This document shows positions 47,601-60,482 of a DNA stretch of 64,000 nucleotides, in pieces. This DNA comes from the human T2T-CHM13v2.0 reference genome, Homo sapiens. The stretch lies in NCBI RefSeq assembly GCF_009914755.1, contig NC_060933.1; one strand, given 5' to 3'. A model generated the notes under the pieces. The model was not told the origin of the DNA. It did not search any database and saw nothing but the letters and a program-made list of their open reading frames with translations. Position 1 is the first letter of the stretch. Each line of letters begins with the position of its first letter. The position numbers were made by a program, and so were the translations under genes.

Positions 47601-48304
47601 ATTTATAATAGGATGGTTTTAGAGTAAAAAAGCTTTAGAATCATGGACAAGTAAAGAGATGGACTAGTAGTTTGAGGCCCCAACCAAGTCTAGAAACGTA
47701 AATTTTTAGTAGAGTTGTAGAATTTTCTCTCGGGATTAACTGCCATGAAGCAACAGATGATAGCGCTGGTATGAAATCAGGATTTGTAGAATTGAGCACA
47801 GTACAGAAATAAGGTGCTGAGGGAGTTAAGGATTCTGGGAACAGTCAGGTCCAGTGTTAAACTAATGGGATCAGGGCAGGAAGGAAATGTGGCTGCCCAG
47901 GGCCTTCTGAACAAAAGGACAGGGAGAATAAGTGAGCTTAAGGTTGGAAAACTGAGGGTTTGTATTCTAGGAGAGGCACTGGAGTTTAATAGTTCAGGAA
48001 ATGGAATGGTTTGATGAGATGCTCCAGAATTCTTAGGGAGTAGTTGGCAACTCCAAAGTAAAGGTGAAGATTTGTGCTTTAAATCAATAGACTGTAATTC
48101 AGAAAAAGACAGAATTCAAGGTCCCAAACAGTATTTTTTAAGTAAACAGATCTAATTTGTTTGTTTGCTTCATTTTTTGAGGTAGAAAAGTATAGAAGAT
48201 TCAAGTAATCTTCCTTTTGATCTAAGAATAGTGGTAATATAATTATGTGATAAATAAAAGAAGGAAATCAAAATACTCCAGTTTTATAACATAAATATAA
48301 CTAC

Positions 48305-49450
48305 AGCATGCATTTTCAATAGAGGCAATATCACTCCTTAGGAGGTAAAAATTCCGGAAGCAAAAAAATTATTAGATATGATATTTATTTGTGGCTCTCC
48401 AAAGCTCAACCTTACCCAACAAAACCTTATTTTCTCTGGCAGGGTGTGGTGGCTCACACCTGTAATCCCAGCACTTTGGGAGGCCGAGGCAGGTGGATCA
48501 CTTGAGATCAGGAGTTGGAGACCAGCCTGACCAACTTAGTGAAACCCCGTCTCTACTAAAAATACAAAAATTAGCTGGGCGTGGTTGTGGGCACCTGTAA
48601 TCCCAGCTACTCAGGAGACTAAGGCAGGAGAACCGACCTTATTCTCTAGTATTTAATTTCTCCTATTGAGTTTTCTTAGATATCACAAAAGCAGCATGGA
48701 CACTGAGTTCCTGGCAGAGACCCAAAACGTATCCAAGGTCATGTTACAAAAATGTGGCAAATGGCCATGAGTAGGGGGCTTCTTCTCCATCCCTTGCTCC
48801 ATTTCAAAGTCACATGGGGAGAGCTGGCCTGTGCTGTTGGCTGCCCTGGTCACCTTGTAAGCATTGCTTCTCACATGATCTCAGTGATTTTATGTGTGAC
48901 TTAGGCTTTGGGAATTAAATGTAATTGTTTGTATTTTATCATTTAATTATAAAAATGTTATTCAACTCATTGTTGACTATGTCAAGTGCTAAAAAAAAAA
49001 AGCAGTGATGAATTATAGTTAAAAAGTATCTTTTCTTATCAAGCAAAAGTTAACTTCACTAAATTTTTGAAGAAATTAATTTTTCAATTATTCACCTTTG
49101 ATGGGAAAAAGCAGTTATGAATGATGTTTAAAATGTATATTACATTGCTATTATTATATATTTATAAACAATGTGATCCATTGCAGTTTGTATAAAGCAA
49201 TAAATTACATTAATAGTTATTAGGCTAAAAAGAGAAAGTTAAATGTTATAGCTTTTAATTTTAAGTTTTAACTTAAGCATTTTATTTAGTCATTCTTAAC
49301 CTGGCAATGAATAAAATTAGTAAGGTTTGTACTTAGTCTTTTTCTTTTCGTATGAAGCACAGACATGTACACTACATAAGCAGATATACAGTGTACTCAT
49401 GGTATTAAAGTTTCTCATAGGTGATGATTAGACAAAAATCTGATGTCTAT
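48305..49450. mobile_element. hAT-Charlie (Charlie1-like) DNA transposon remnant
   Basis: CAGCATGCATTTTCAATAGAGGCAATATC terminus; tgtggctctccaaagctcaacc; cagatatacagtgtactcatggtattaaa near the other end. Confidence 0.6.
48438..48632 (+). mobile_element. 3'-truncated AluS without poly(A)
   Basis: Ends at ggcaggagaa; flanked by ACCTTATT(TT)CTCT on both sides. Confidence 0.85.
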
Positions 49451-50049
49451 TTTCTCTTCCCCAAATTAATGTAATACTAGTAGTAATGCAATCAGGTCAC
49501 GTAATACCTGCATTAGGCAAAGATCTGATGCATCAATAACAGCATTTGAGAAATCTTCTCAAAATTAAAAACTAGGTGAACACTCCCCATTCCCCTGAGA
49601 TGTAATAAATATCGCAGATTGGCTGGGATTCTTTTTGTCCATGACTTTATAATTTTCCTAAATACAAACATACCTATAGCAAATCAAACAACACTATGTA
49701 TTGTGACAATCTGATATTTTTTAATTATAAAGAGACACTCATCTTTGAGTGAATACACATTGATATTTATTCCCATAATCTGGATTTATTAAAATTAAGC
49801 TTCCGAGCTGGGTCCTTGATTTAGGCTTAAATTCCCTGACCCAGTTTTGATGCTAGTGCCAAGTTCCAAATGTATGAAATGGAGTTGTTTCTGCCTTAAG
49901 ACTGAAAGCAGTTAACAGAAAGCCTCCATTTTAAGTTTTTATCCATAAAGCGGAGAAGCTGAGTGGGTTGATATGGGGGTGGAGAGGGGTTTGCCTTAAA
50001 CAGATATTCTTCCTCATGAACCAGTTTTCTCTGTGGATATTTAGACTAG

Positions 50050-50720
50050 CAAAACAGACCACGCTGGTCAGGAGGCGGGCGGAGGTGTACAAGCAGATTA
50101 GGAGTAACGTTATCCCTTGACTTAGGCCTGTGTGACTGAGACACACATACGCACACACATGCACGGCACTGCATGTGCTCAGAAGGACCTGGTCTCATCC
50201 TGAAGGTGGAGTAGGATGACAGAGGCTGTGATTAAATTCAAGCTCTCACAGCAGCAGTCTAAGTCATCCTTTGAGAGGACTGTATTCAGGGTGGAACTCC
50301 GAAAAGAAATCCTCCGTCTCTCTTACTGCCAATTCACAAATCATATGCTCTTTAGCAAACAACAACAACAAATATACAAACGAAAAAACCCAGGGGCCGT
50401 TCTTCTTCCTCCTGGGACTCAGGTTTGTGCTTGTTACCTGGAGGCCTTTGTGAAGTGACACGTGTAGGTGCACAGTCTCTCCCCACCCGCGTCGTCACAG
50501 TCAGTGCCTGAGTTCTGTCTGGCAAGTTCAAGTTCGAGAGAGAGTGTGTTTCCTCAGACTTAGAGCCAGGCCCTCAGGGAGCTGGGAGTGCACTACTGTG
50601 CTGGGAGGGGCTTTGAGGAATGCTGACGTTTTCCCCGAGGTCATTTGTCGAGCTTCACTGGCTTTCCCACTTTCTGAAGATTCCTCTTGTTAGTTTCTAT
50701 TTATATAAGGACTCACCTCC
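50050..50720. promoter_or_regulatory. Candidate promoter/enhancer (CpG-retaining unique DNA)
   Basis: About 18 CpGs in 600 bp; GGGCGG 50077, CACGTG 50459, CCCCACCC 50481, TGACGT ~50624. Confidence 0.4.
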
Positions 50721-50731
50721 TTTCAACTAAA

Positions 50732-51032
50732 GCAGGGATCCCCCTCCCCCACCCCGGGCCTGTCTGTGGCCTGTTAGGAACCGGGCCGCACAGCAGGAGG
50801 TGAGCAGCCCAGCCTAGCCAGCATTACCGCCCAGCTCCGCCTCCTGTCAGAACAGCAGAGGCATTCCATTCTCATGGCAGCGGAGCCCTACTGTGAACTG
50901 CACACGCGGGGGATCTAGGTTGCGTGCTCCTTTTAAGAATCATCTAATGCTTGATGATCTGTGGAACAGTTTCATCCTGAAAACATCCCCCCATCCTCAC
51001 CTCCACCCAGCTCCATGGGAAATCTCTTCCCT
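50732..51032 (+). mobile_element. MER1B hAT element
   Basis: gtggcctgttaggaaccgggccgcacagcaggaggtgagc...ggatctaggttgcgtgctcc. Confidence 0.9.
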
Positions 51033-53539
51033 GGAGTTACCAATCAGGAAAGTAGAAATCCAATAGTTTGATTAGACACAACTTTCCATGCAGAACGAAT
51101 GATATCACACATGCGATGAGGGAGATGGGTAAAATCATTTCAAACGGTCATCCCGGAACTAAAATTCTATTGCACAAGTCATCACTGTGGTTCAGTAATG
51201 GACCAAAAGGAGTGTACGCTTATAGCCAATTCTACTTCTGAGCTCAAAAGTAATTTGAAAGGTCAATGAGTTTTTAAAACCAATTTTACACAATTCCTCA
51301 TTTCCTTAGAATATGAGATTATATTCTTTACACTCTTAAAAATTTACAGCACACTAACAAGCGATCATAGACATACAAGAACATTAAGAAGAATAGGAAA
51401 ATAAATTGTTATAAACAGGGAAAACAGCAAGTGAAAGAATAAATAAAAAATGATTCATCTTTACCAAACTAGACTTCTAAGCTTAGTTCTAACATCCGAT
51501 ATCTCAAATACTAAAAGCAATTGAATACTTAATGATAATCAGTTCTTTCATTATAGCTGGTTTCAATGTGAAAACAGTTACTAATCAATTTGCCGTATGC
51601 ATGGTTACTGTGGATATTATTTATTTGCGTATTATTTATTTATTAACATAAAATTTTGGTATTCACAAGAAAATTTCAGAAACTGTCTCTATTCTCTGAA
51701 GATGTAAATAAATGAAGATGAAAGAGGAAAAAAACAATTTTGATAATTTCATGCTTCAGCTGAGGACCTGTGTTTGACAGCAACAGCACCAGGCTTTGTA
51801 CTTCTCTCTTTTTTCACTGATTCCTGGCATAGCACAGTGCTTCTGACCTGCATAAAACTAAATATTTCTATAAATGCTCTCAGTCTTCTGTTATTTCAAA
51901 AAAATTGACAGCAGGAAAGACCATTAAAAGATCAAGGTTTATGTCAAGCAACTAAAAGAAATTAAATTTTGTTCATCTATCAGAGTTTGTCGAGGGAAAC
52001 ATTTCGGGCAGCAGTAGTCTTTCTATGGCAGGACTATTTTTCTATGCTGAAGCCTTATTAGCAAGCATCTTGCTCAGTATATGCCAGGAATTTCTCTCCA
52101 GTCACTGAAATAACCAAAAATCTGATGTGCTCCCTGAGCAGCAGAGCATCCCGGAATTGAGAGCTATTGAAAGATAACATACATGAAACTCCTTAAAATA
52201 GAAAAATAAAATCTCACTTCTGATGATCTGTTTACTGCCATCTTGATCAAGCAGCACCTGGTGTCCTGCTCTCCGCTACTCCCACACATGAATTTCCCAG
52301 TCCTCAAAAAGGGAGCATCTTGCAGAACTCTTTCCCAAGGCTAAGCTTGTGCTTGCCTTCTGGAAATCAAGAAGATATGCTTCGCTTTCACAGAAGAGTT
52401 TCTTGGGGTTAATGTGAGTCCACTATTCTCCTCCCTGGAATGTATGAGTTCCCGCAGAGACAGTGGGGCAGAGGAGAATGGTCCTGAGTGTCTCCAAATA
52501 CTCAACTGCTCTCCTGGGAATGGGAGCACATAGGGCAGCAGTTACTCTTCCTATCTGCAGGCACATAAACTACCTTTTGGCTTTTCCTCAACAGGCTTTC
52601 CCATTAACATCCCCCATCTAGAGAAGGGCCACCAGAAAAACAAAAAAACAGAAAATACTATCAGCTATGTTTCATGCAAGGAAAAGATGGAGACAGAAGT
52701 TGACTGAGGTCCAATGGCAATACTTTGCATGTTAAAAATTTAATTTATTTGCACTATTTTCTTTCTTATAGGATGAATAATTGCAATTCTAATGTATAAC
52801 CCAAACATTACTATCCTAAATCTGATTATTTATCTTGTTTTAACAATAGCTATATTTATAATATTTAATGCAGATCTGATCCCTAACTTTTGCATCCAAT
52901 AGTTAAATTTTTTAAAAAGAAAATTTTATCATTTATTTCATTTTTTAAAGATATTTACTTTCCAATCACTTAAATATTTATCATACATATTTTTATTGTG
53001 ATAAATATACATAATATAAAATGTAACATTTTAACAAATTTTAAGTGCGCAATTTTATTTTGTTACAATTTAGCTGGAATTTTGAAGTTAGTAGAATAGA
53101 AAAATTAGGAGTTAGCTAATTGAAATTATGTTCTCTCACATCAGAAGTTCAAACTTAACCCAAGATTGTCTGCTTGCTAGGAAATCATTGGTAACCTCCT
53201 ACGGACATTTTAAAATGGGAAGAGCCATACAGTCCAAGCAATAATTTGAATGCAATCATTAGATCCAGCTGCATGATCCTTCAAGAAGCCCTTAAAGGAA
53301 GTATTTATCTTCTAGGTTAATTGTAATTTTCATAACAACACTATGATAGAAGTATTATTGTTTATGGATCAGAACACCGAATCCTTTAAAATACTTTGGT
53401 AACTTGCCCAAATTAAGTGGAGTATTTGAATGCAGTTCATTCTGAATCCAAAGCCTGTGAATTTAACCCCCACACTGTTGTTCCTGTCTCTATCAGACAA
53501 GGCTCATTAGCATCTAAATAGGTCTTCATAAGGTACTCA

Positions 53540-55700
53540 GCATGGGAGAAAGTAGATAAAAATATAACACAGAAGAGGTTATATAAAAAAACCTATAGTC
53601 CTGAATTTGAATTGAAAGTACTAGTATAAACTCATGATGTATTTATCTCTAAAAAGCCCTAGCCCTCTTCACAGTAAAGGACTAGAAAACTAGCACCCCG
53701 CTTGTGATTTTAAACTAGTATTGCCAACCGAATGGCACCCAGGCTCTTTGGAGACCTGGCTGATTCTAGGTCTACACCAGGATCTCTACAAGTTGAACCT
53801 GGAGCATCTTGTCTTATCAGAATGCAAGAAAGTGGTCACAAGCTCATGTCAGGAGGGCTCAGGAGCCACTGGCAGATACTTCCACTGGCCAAAGTGAGCT
53901 CATGTGAACTTCAAGGATAAGAATTTCACAGTTAGTGTGTCCATTCCCAGTTTTTTCACTTTGGTGTACTTCTGTACACTCTATGGCTTAGTTGATTTTC
54001 AAAATGTCTTTTTTTTGTTCTTGAGCCTTTCAATCTACTCTTACTCTTACAATTTATGTGTTGGAAAATCCAGGTTACTTAACCTGTACTCTCCCACAGT
54101 CTGGCTTTGTTAATTCAAACTCAAATTGAGTTCAGCATTTCCTTTGCCCTCTGTATTCCTTGCACATTGGCCTCTAGATCTGGAGGCTCAAATAGACTCG
54201 GGATGGACCTCTTTAGGAAGATGATGATCAGAGTATCAGGGTTGGTGGTGTTTCATTTCATCAGGAGCCTTATGAATGACATTATTAGGGCTTGCGGTCC
54301 CTCTTCTATACTTTGCTTAATCAATAGCACAGCGGAAAGAGAGGATGAAGGCAGATCCTTTCATTTCCCCATTTTCAACCTAGTGAATTGATTCCTTATC
54401 ATCTTCAGGAATTCATCGATTTTATTTTGGAATATCATTATGTATTCGTGGATTTAAGTTTTTGATGGTTTAATCTATTGTTGTTATACATAAAGCTGAA
54501 ACAATTTGTAAATTCCTACTACCATTCCCAATTCAAATTCAGGACTGCAGGACTTTATTTGACCTTTTTAATATTATATTAACATTTCTTTTCTTCCACA
54601 CTGAAAACCTTGGTGCCCAAAGACACAGGGGACAACAGAATTAGAATATCTCATAATTACCATTTGTAATTCTACATTACACATATAATAAACTCAAAAT
54701 AACACTGCTAATTCTCCCACTACTGATTATAATCACTGGAAACCATTGGTTTTTAATAGATATCTCCATTTTCCATAGTTTTTAAATGGCTATATTAAAT
54801 CTGCATTGTCACACCACAGTCTCATTGGACATCTAATCACTCACTTTTAACCTTCATTTAGATGTCCACAAATAATTACACATTCAATGTTTACCACCAT
54901 TAACACTCTTACACAGGTTTTCTAAAGTTCTTTCTCTAGTAGAATTCTCAGGAAAGGCTCACAGAAATAATATTCCCCAGATTCTTATATGTTGATTATA
55001 ATTTGTGCCTTTGACACTGGAAGCTCGGTTTTCTCTTTCCCTGACCTTCCTGACTATGTTAGTCTGTCTTATTCTGGCATTCTTTTTCATAAGCCTGATG
55101 ATAGCCCAATACATTTTCTTCTAAGTCACAGACCCTTTGTGACTAGAAGCTTCTAAATTTTAGTTGTTTTACTAGAATATTTTTATGTTGGTCATTCTGG
55201 GTCAATATTTGCAGATATGTAGTATTTCATTATTTAGGTTAAAATCATTTTGTTTTCAATTTTTAGAAAATATCTTAAATTACAGTGTTTACTATTTGCT
55301 CTGTTCTTGCTTCTATTTTTTCTTAAAGGATTCTTATTACATCTATGTTACATCTTACTTGCCTACATTCAATTATGTCACCTTCTCAAAAGATTTTTAC
55401 ATCTTTCATCATTTCTTTTCTTTCTTTTTTTATTGGCACTTTGTAGTTCAAACTGAGTCTATTTTATATAACTTTATATTTTGAAATTAAAGAAGATAGT
55501 ACAGAGACCTCCCCCAAACTAAAATGCAAAATGAAAGAAGAATAAAACAGTAAAATAACAGATATTCAATAGCTGTGGGACATTTTCCAAAGGCATGAGT
55601 ATAACATATGCCTTCTTAGAATAAAAGAAGTAACAAAGAATGGAGCAGAAAAAATATTTGAATTTATAATGGCCAAGGATTTTTCCAAATTAGTGATGGA
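53540..55700. mobile_element. Mosaic of old L1MC/ME fragments in both orientations
   Basis: aatggcacccaggctctttggagac..gctgattctagg (+); antisense 3'UTR-like 54380-55440; ORF1-like 55480-55700. Confidence 0.5.
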
Positions 55701-55879
55701 TGCCTCTTCCTCTTAGCACCATCCTCTCTTTGCAGTGAACACCTCTTGACTCTTTGGTGTTCTCCTGTTTGCAAGTTAATCAGACACTCTATTTCTTCCC
55801 CCAGCTTTCCCCTGCACAGACATGAAAAACAGATAAGTCTTGAAGCAGTGGGTGGAAGAGGGTACATGAAAACACATCA

Positions 55880-57853
55880 AGGATGTTGAGCTTTCTTCAT
55901 ATGCTTGTTGGCTACATAAATGTCTTCTTTTAAGAAGTACCTGTTCATGTCCTTTGCCCACTTTTTAATAGGGTTGTTTGTTTTTTTCTTGTAAATTTGT
56001 TTAAGTTCCTTGTAGATTTTGGACATTAGACATTTGTCAGATACATAGTTTGCAAAAATTTTCTCCCATTCTGTAGGTTGTCTGTTCATTCTGATGATGG
56101 CTTCTTTGGCTGTGCAGAAGATCTTTAGTTTGATTCAATCCCATTTGTCAATTTTTGCTTTTGTTGCAATTGCTTTTGACATTTTCATCATAAAATCTTT
56201 GCCTGTGCCTATGTCCTGAATGGTATTGCTAGATTTTCTTCTAGAGTTTTTATAGTTTTGGGGTTTTACATTGAAGTCTTTAATCCATCTCAAATCAATT
56301 TTTGTATGAGATATAAGGAAGGGATCCAGCTTCAATTTTCTGCATTTGGTTAGCCAGTTCTCCCAGCACCATTTATTAAATAAGGAATCCTTTCCCCATT
56401 GCTTGCTTTGTTGAAGATCAGATGGTTGTAGGTGTGTGGTCTTCTTTCTGAGTTATCTATTCTGCTCCATTGGTCTATATGTCTGTTTTTGTACCAGTAC
56501 CATGCTGTTTTGGTTACTGTAGCATTGTAGTATAGTTTAAAGTCAAGTAGTATGATGGCTCTAGCTTTGTTGTTTTTGCTTAGGATTGTCTTGGCTATAT
56601 GGGCTCTTTTTTGGTTCCATATGAATTTTAAAATAGTTTTTTCTAATTCTGTGAAGAATGTTGATGGTAGTTTAATGGGAATAGCATTGAATATATAAAT
56701 TACTTTGGGCAGTATGGCCATTTTCATAATATTGATTCTTTCTATCCATAAGCATGGAATGTTTTTCCATTTGTGTTCTCTCTGATTTCCTTGAGCAGTG
56801 ATTTGTAGTTCTTCTTGAAGAGGTCATTTATTTCCCTTGTTATCTGTATTTCTAGGTATTTTATTCTCTTCGTTGCAATTGTGAATGGGAGTTCATTCAT
56901 GATTTGACTCTCTGCTTGTCTGTTGTTGGTGTATAGGAATGCTTGTGATTTTGCACATTGATTTTTGTATCCTGAGACTACTGAAGTTGCTTATCAGCTT
57001 AAGAAACTTTTGGGCTGAGACTATGGGGTTTTATAGACATAGGTTTATGTCATCTGCAAACAATTTGACTTCCTCTCTTCCTGTTTGAATACACTTTATT
57101 TCTTTCTCTTGCCTGATTGCCCTGGCCAGAACTTCCAATACCATGTTGACTAGGAATGGTGAGAGAGGGGCATCCTTGTCTTGTGCCAGTTTTCAGGGGA
57201 AATGCTTCCAGCTTTTGCCCATTCAGTATGATGTTGGCTGTGGGTTTGTCATAAAAGGTTCTTATTATTTTGAGGTAAGTTTCATCAATATGTAGTTTAT
57301 TGAGAGTTTTTAACATAAAGGGTTGTTGAATTTTATTCAACATAGGAAGGCCTTTTCTGCATCTATTGAGATAATCATGTGGTTTTTGTGTTTAGTTCTG
57401 TTTATGTGATGAATTATGTTTATTGATTTGTGTATGTTGAACCAGCCTTGAATCCTGGGGATGAAGCCAACTTGATCGTGGTGGATAAGCTTTTTGATGT
57501 GCTACTGAATTCAGTTTGCTGGTATTTTATTGACAATTTTTGCATCAATGTTCATTAGGGATATTGGCCTGACATTTTCTTTTTTTGTTATATCTCTACC
57601 AGGTTTTGGTATCAGGATGAAGCTGGCCTCATAAAATGAGTTAGGGAAGAATTCCCCCTTTTCAATTGTTTGGAATAGTTTCAGAAAAAAATGGTACCAC
57701 CTCTTCTTCGTACCGCTGGTAAAATTCAGCTGTAAATCCATCTGGTCTTGGGCTGTTTTGGGTTAGTAGGCTATTTATTATTGCCTTAATTTCAGAACTT
57801 GTTATTGGCTTATTCAGGGATTCAACTTCATCCTGGTTCAGTCTTGGGATGGT
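55880..57853 (-). mobile_element. L1PA/L1PB ORF2 fragment (RT and C-terminus)
   Basis: [15 protein letters not shown]...[57 protein letters not shown]; frameshifted. Confidence 0.95.
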
Positions 57854-57854
57854 G

Positions 57855-58200
57855 GGTGTCAGACTGGGTAATTTATAAAGAACAGAAATATATTTCTCAC
57901 AATTCTGGAGGCTAGAAGCTCAAGATCAAGGCACCAGCATGTTCGTTGGTCTGCAGAAACTTTGCTCTCTGCTTCCAAGATGGTGTCTAGAATGCTGAGT
58001 CCTCTAATGGGGAGGGACACTGTGTCCTTGCATGATAGCAGACAGAAAGGTGAGAAGAGATGGACTCCCTTTAACAAGCCCTAATTCAATTCACATGGAG
58101 AAGCCCTCATAGCCAAATCACCTCTTAAAGGTCCCACCTCTTCACATCGCCACATTGGCAACAACTGGATTTTGGAGGGGGCACATTTAAACCATATTAT
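57855..58200 (-). mobile_element. MST-type MaLR LTR
   Basis: agactgggtaatttataaagaacagaaat...ctcttaaaggtcccacctc...taaaccata. Confidence 0.8.
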
Positions 58201-58239
58201 TGACAAACAGTTATAAAAGAGGGGGAAATAACCTTAATA

Positions 58240-58460
58240 ACCTTTAACATGTATCAATTTGTTACCAGGTGCCAGACATACAGCAGTGCACATGCATTAT
58301 TACATTTAATCCCCATGATTCTGGGGCAGGATCATGTTATGCAGAAAAACAAACTGAGTCTCAAAATTTCAGATTAACTTGCCTAAACTCACAAAAAATC
58401 GTATATGATGGAGCTGAGATCCAAGCTCAAGTCTGCATCTTTAAAGTTCTGCTGATATTC
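58240..58460 (-). mobile_element. MIR
   Basis: gtgccagaca...catttaatcccca...aaactgag...aacttgcctaa. Confidence 0.6.
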
Positions 58461-59089
58461 TCTTTTACTAGTCTGTAGAAAAAAAAAAGTTAAATGCAAT
58501 TAGCAAAAGCCAGTAGTGTGCATGTCTCAGGTAATGTTGGCTGTAGCTGATTCTATCATCCACATTGTAAATAGTTACCTGAGGGTTCAGGAATCTGGGT
58601 CTTTGTCTAGCCCCTAAATTAGACTATTCTGCAGAGAAGTCATGATTTAAAGGCTTCTTTCAGAGACTTAATCTTACTTTATTTTATTTATTTTTATTTA
58701 TAGCACCCCTTTGCCCATTTCCAGGATGAGTGTTTTCTCATCTTTCAGAAAACCTGTGGGATCATCTCCTCCCAGTGTGCACTGTCTGGTGGGGGTGTAA
58801 TTAAGATGCCTTCCTCTCTCTTAGCAAAGGGCTGGGTGAGGCCCTCAGATGCTGAATGGATTGACACAAGGACAAGAGGTAATGCTCATGCAATTGTCAA
58901 ATGAGCCGTGAGGAGATGGCCAAGTGTTGGCACCTGCCACTTACACCCCTGGCACTGCCCTGTGTTCTGCCAGGGTGGATTTCCAGATTGTGACTCATTC
59001 TGTGAGGTATCTCTGATATTTTTGACACATACCTATTTTGTAATAATTAACCAGAGTAGATGACTATAGTCTACAAACAAAGAATTAAT

Positions 59090-59545
59090 CAACAAGACCC
59101 CGCACCTGCTTGACTTAACTTTAGTCAGCATCCTCTAAGCACTGCAGGCTTCTACCATGGTGTGCATCTTTGTCAGGACTGAGTCGCTCAGTTACAACAG
59201 AAATCTTGCCAAGTCAGTGCGGTGAGAACCCCCCACCCTCCATATCTCATCGGCCTCCTCATCCTCCCCCTCCCCCAGGTGATGTCTGGTGACCCCAGCC
59301 TGTCTTCAGCAAGAATCCTGTTAGATCTTTTTAGAGAATAGAATTCTTCCAACCCCAGCTGTTTCCTCTTAGTAATTTTTCATCCTCCGACCCCTCCATC
59401 CTGCTTCTCAGCTATAAATTCTCACTTTTCCTTGTATTTGGAATTAAGCCCAGTTTTGCACTGAGGTGTCTTTTCCCTGACTGCAGTAGTTCCTGAATAA
59501 TTCTTTCTCACCACTTTACTGTCTAGCTCTGGTTTTTCTTTAGCA
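59090..59545 (+). mobile_element. MER31/MER67-like LTR
   Basis: aactttagtcag, cagcaagaatcctgttag, tttcctcttagtaatttt, gctataaatt, ends ttctttagca. Confidence 0.7.
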
Positions 59546-60426
59546 AAATGTAGTGGCGTGTTGGTTGCTCCAAATGAGGACATAAGGATACTGAGGACTG
59601 TTCTCCCTTTTCTTTTATTAGAGTGAAGCTTGGCTTCCCAGCCTCATGTCCAGGGAATATATTTCCCATATCCTTCCTTATGTTCTTTTCTTTTCCTCCT
59701 GCCCTGTTAGAAAATAGGAAGCTCTGTCCACCAACCGCCACCCCATCATTTAACATTTTCCCTCCATGTAGGTGTTTATCAAAAGAATTTGAGATTAAAC
59801 TAAGACCCTTTTGGAATTAAATTATCCTCTGGAAAATCAAAAGTCCAAGCTACGAACCCTCAGTGCCTGAGGCAAACTGTGTTGCTGTAACGTCAAACAG
59901 GCTTTTGTTATTTTAAGTGTGTTCCTGTCTGGGTCTTCACTCTTTGGCTTTGTTTCTAATCTGAGAGCAATTTACCACCACCCTGATTTAGAAAGACAAC
60001 CAACTGAAGTTAGAAAATACCTGACAACATCTGCCAAAAGCCATTCCTGGTGCTAAGCCTGTGAAGAGAACTTTTGGAAATGACGAGATTATAGTTAGCT
60101 ATCTGACTTTAAAAAGATCGGCTTTTAAAAAAGATGATGAGCCGGGCACGATTAACTCTTAACTCAGTAGGCAAGAAATATCCTCTTCTTTCGATCACTT
60201 AAATCAGCTTATATTCTGATGCTAAGTCCCAGCAGCCTCATGAGAAGATTCTATGCCCATGACAATTGGGATCTCTCCCCAGGGTCTCTCCCAGGAGACG
60301 CATGAGATCCTGGAGGCTTCCTTGGTCCCTGCAGATGAAGAGAGAAGGCTTCCATCCTCCAGTATATCCTGGTTGCTACTGGCATCAGCACTGCAAAAAC
60401 CTTGTGTGGTCAGTTACATCCCAGAA

Positions 60427-60432
60427 GTGTGT

Positions 60433-60481
<49 letters not shown>
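60427..60481. repeat. (TG)n microsatellite
   Basis: About 27 units with one interruption. Confidence 0.98.

Positions 60482-60482
<1 letters not shown>

Noticed and set aside
55877-57741. L1 ORF2 peptides as an active retrotransposon
   Set aside because: Fragmented by stops and frameshifts; lacks 5'UTR, ORF1 and EN.
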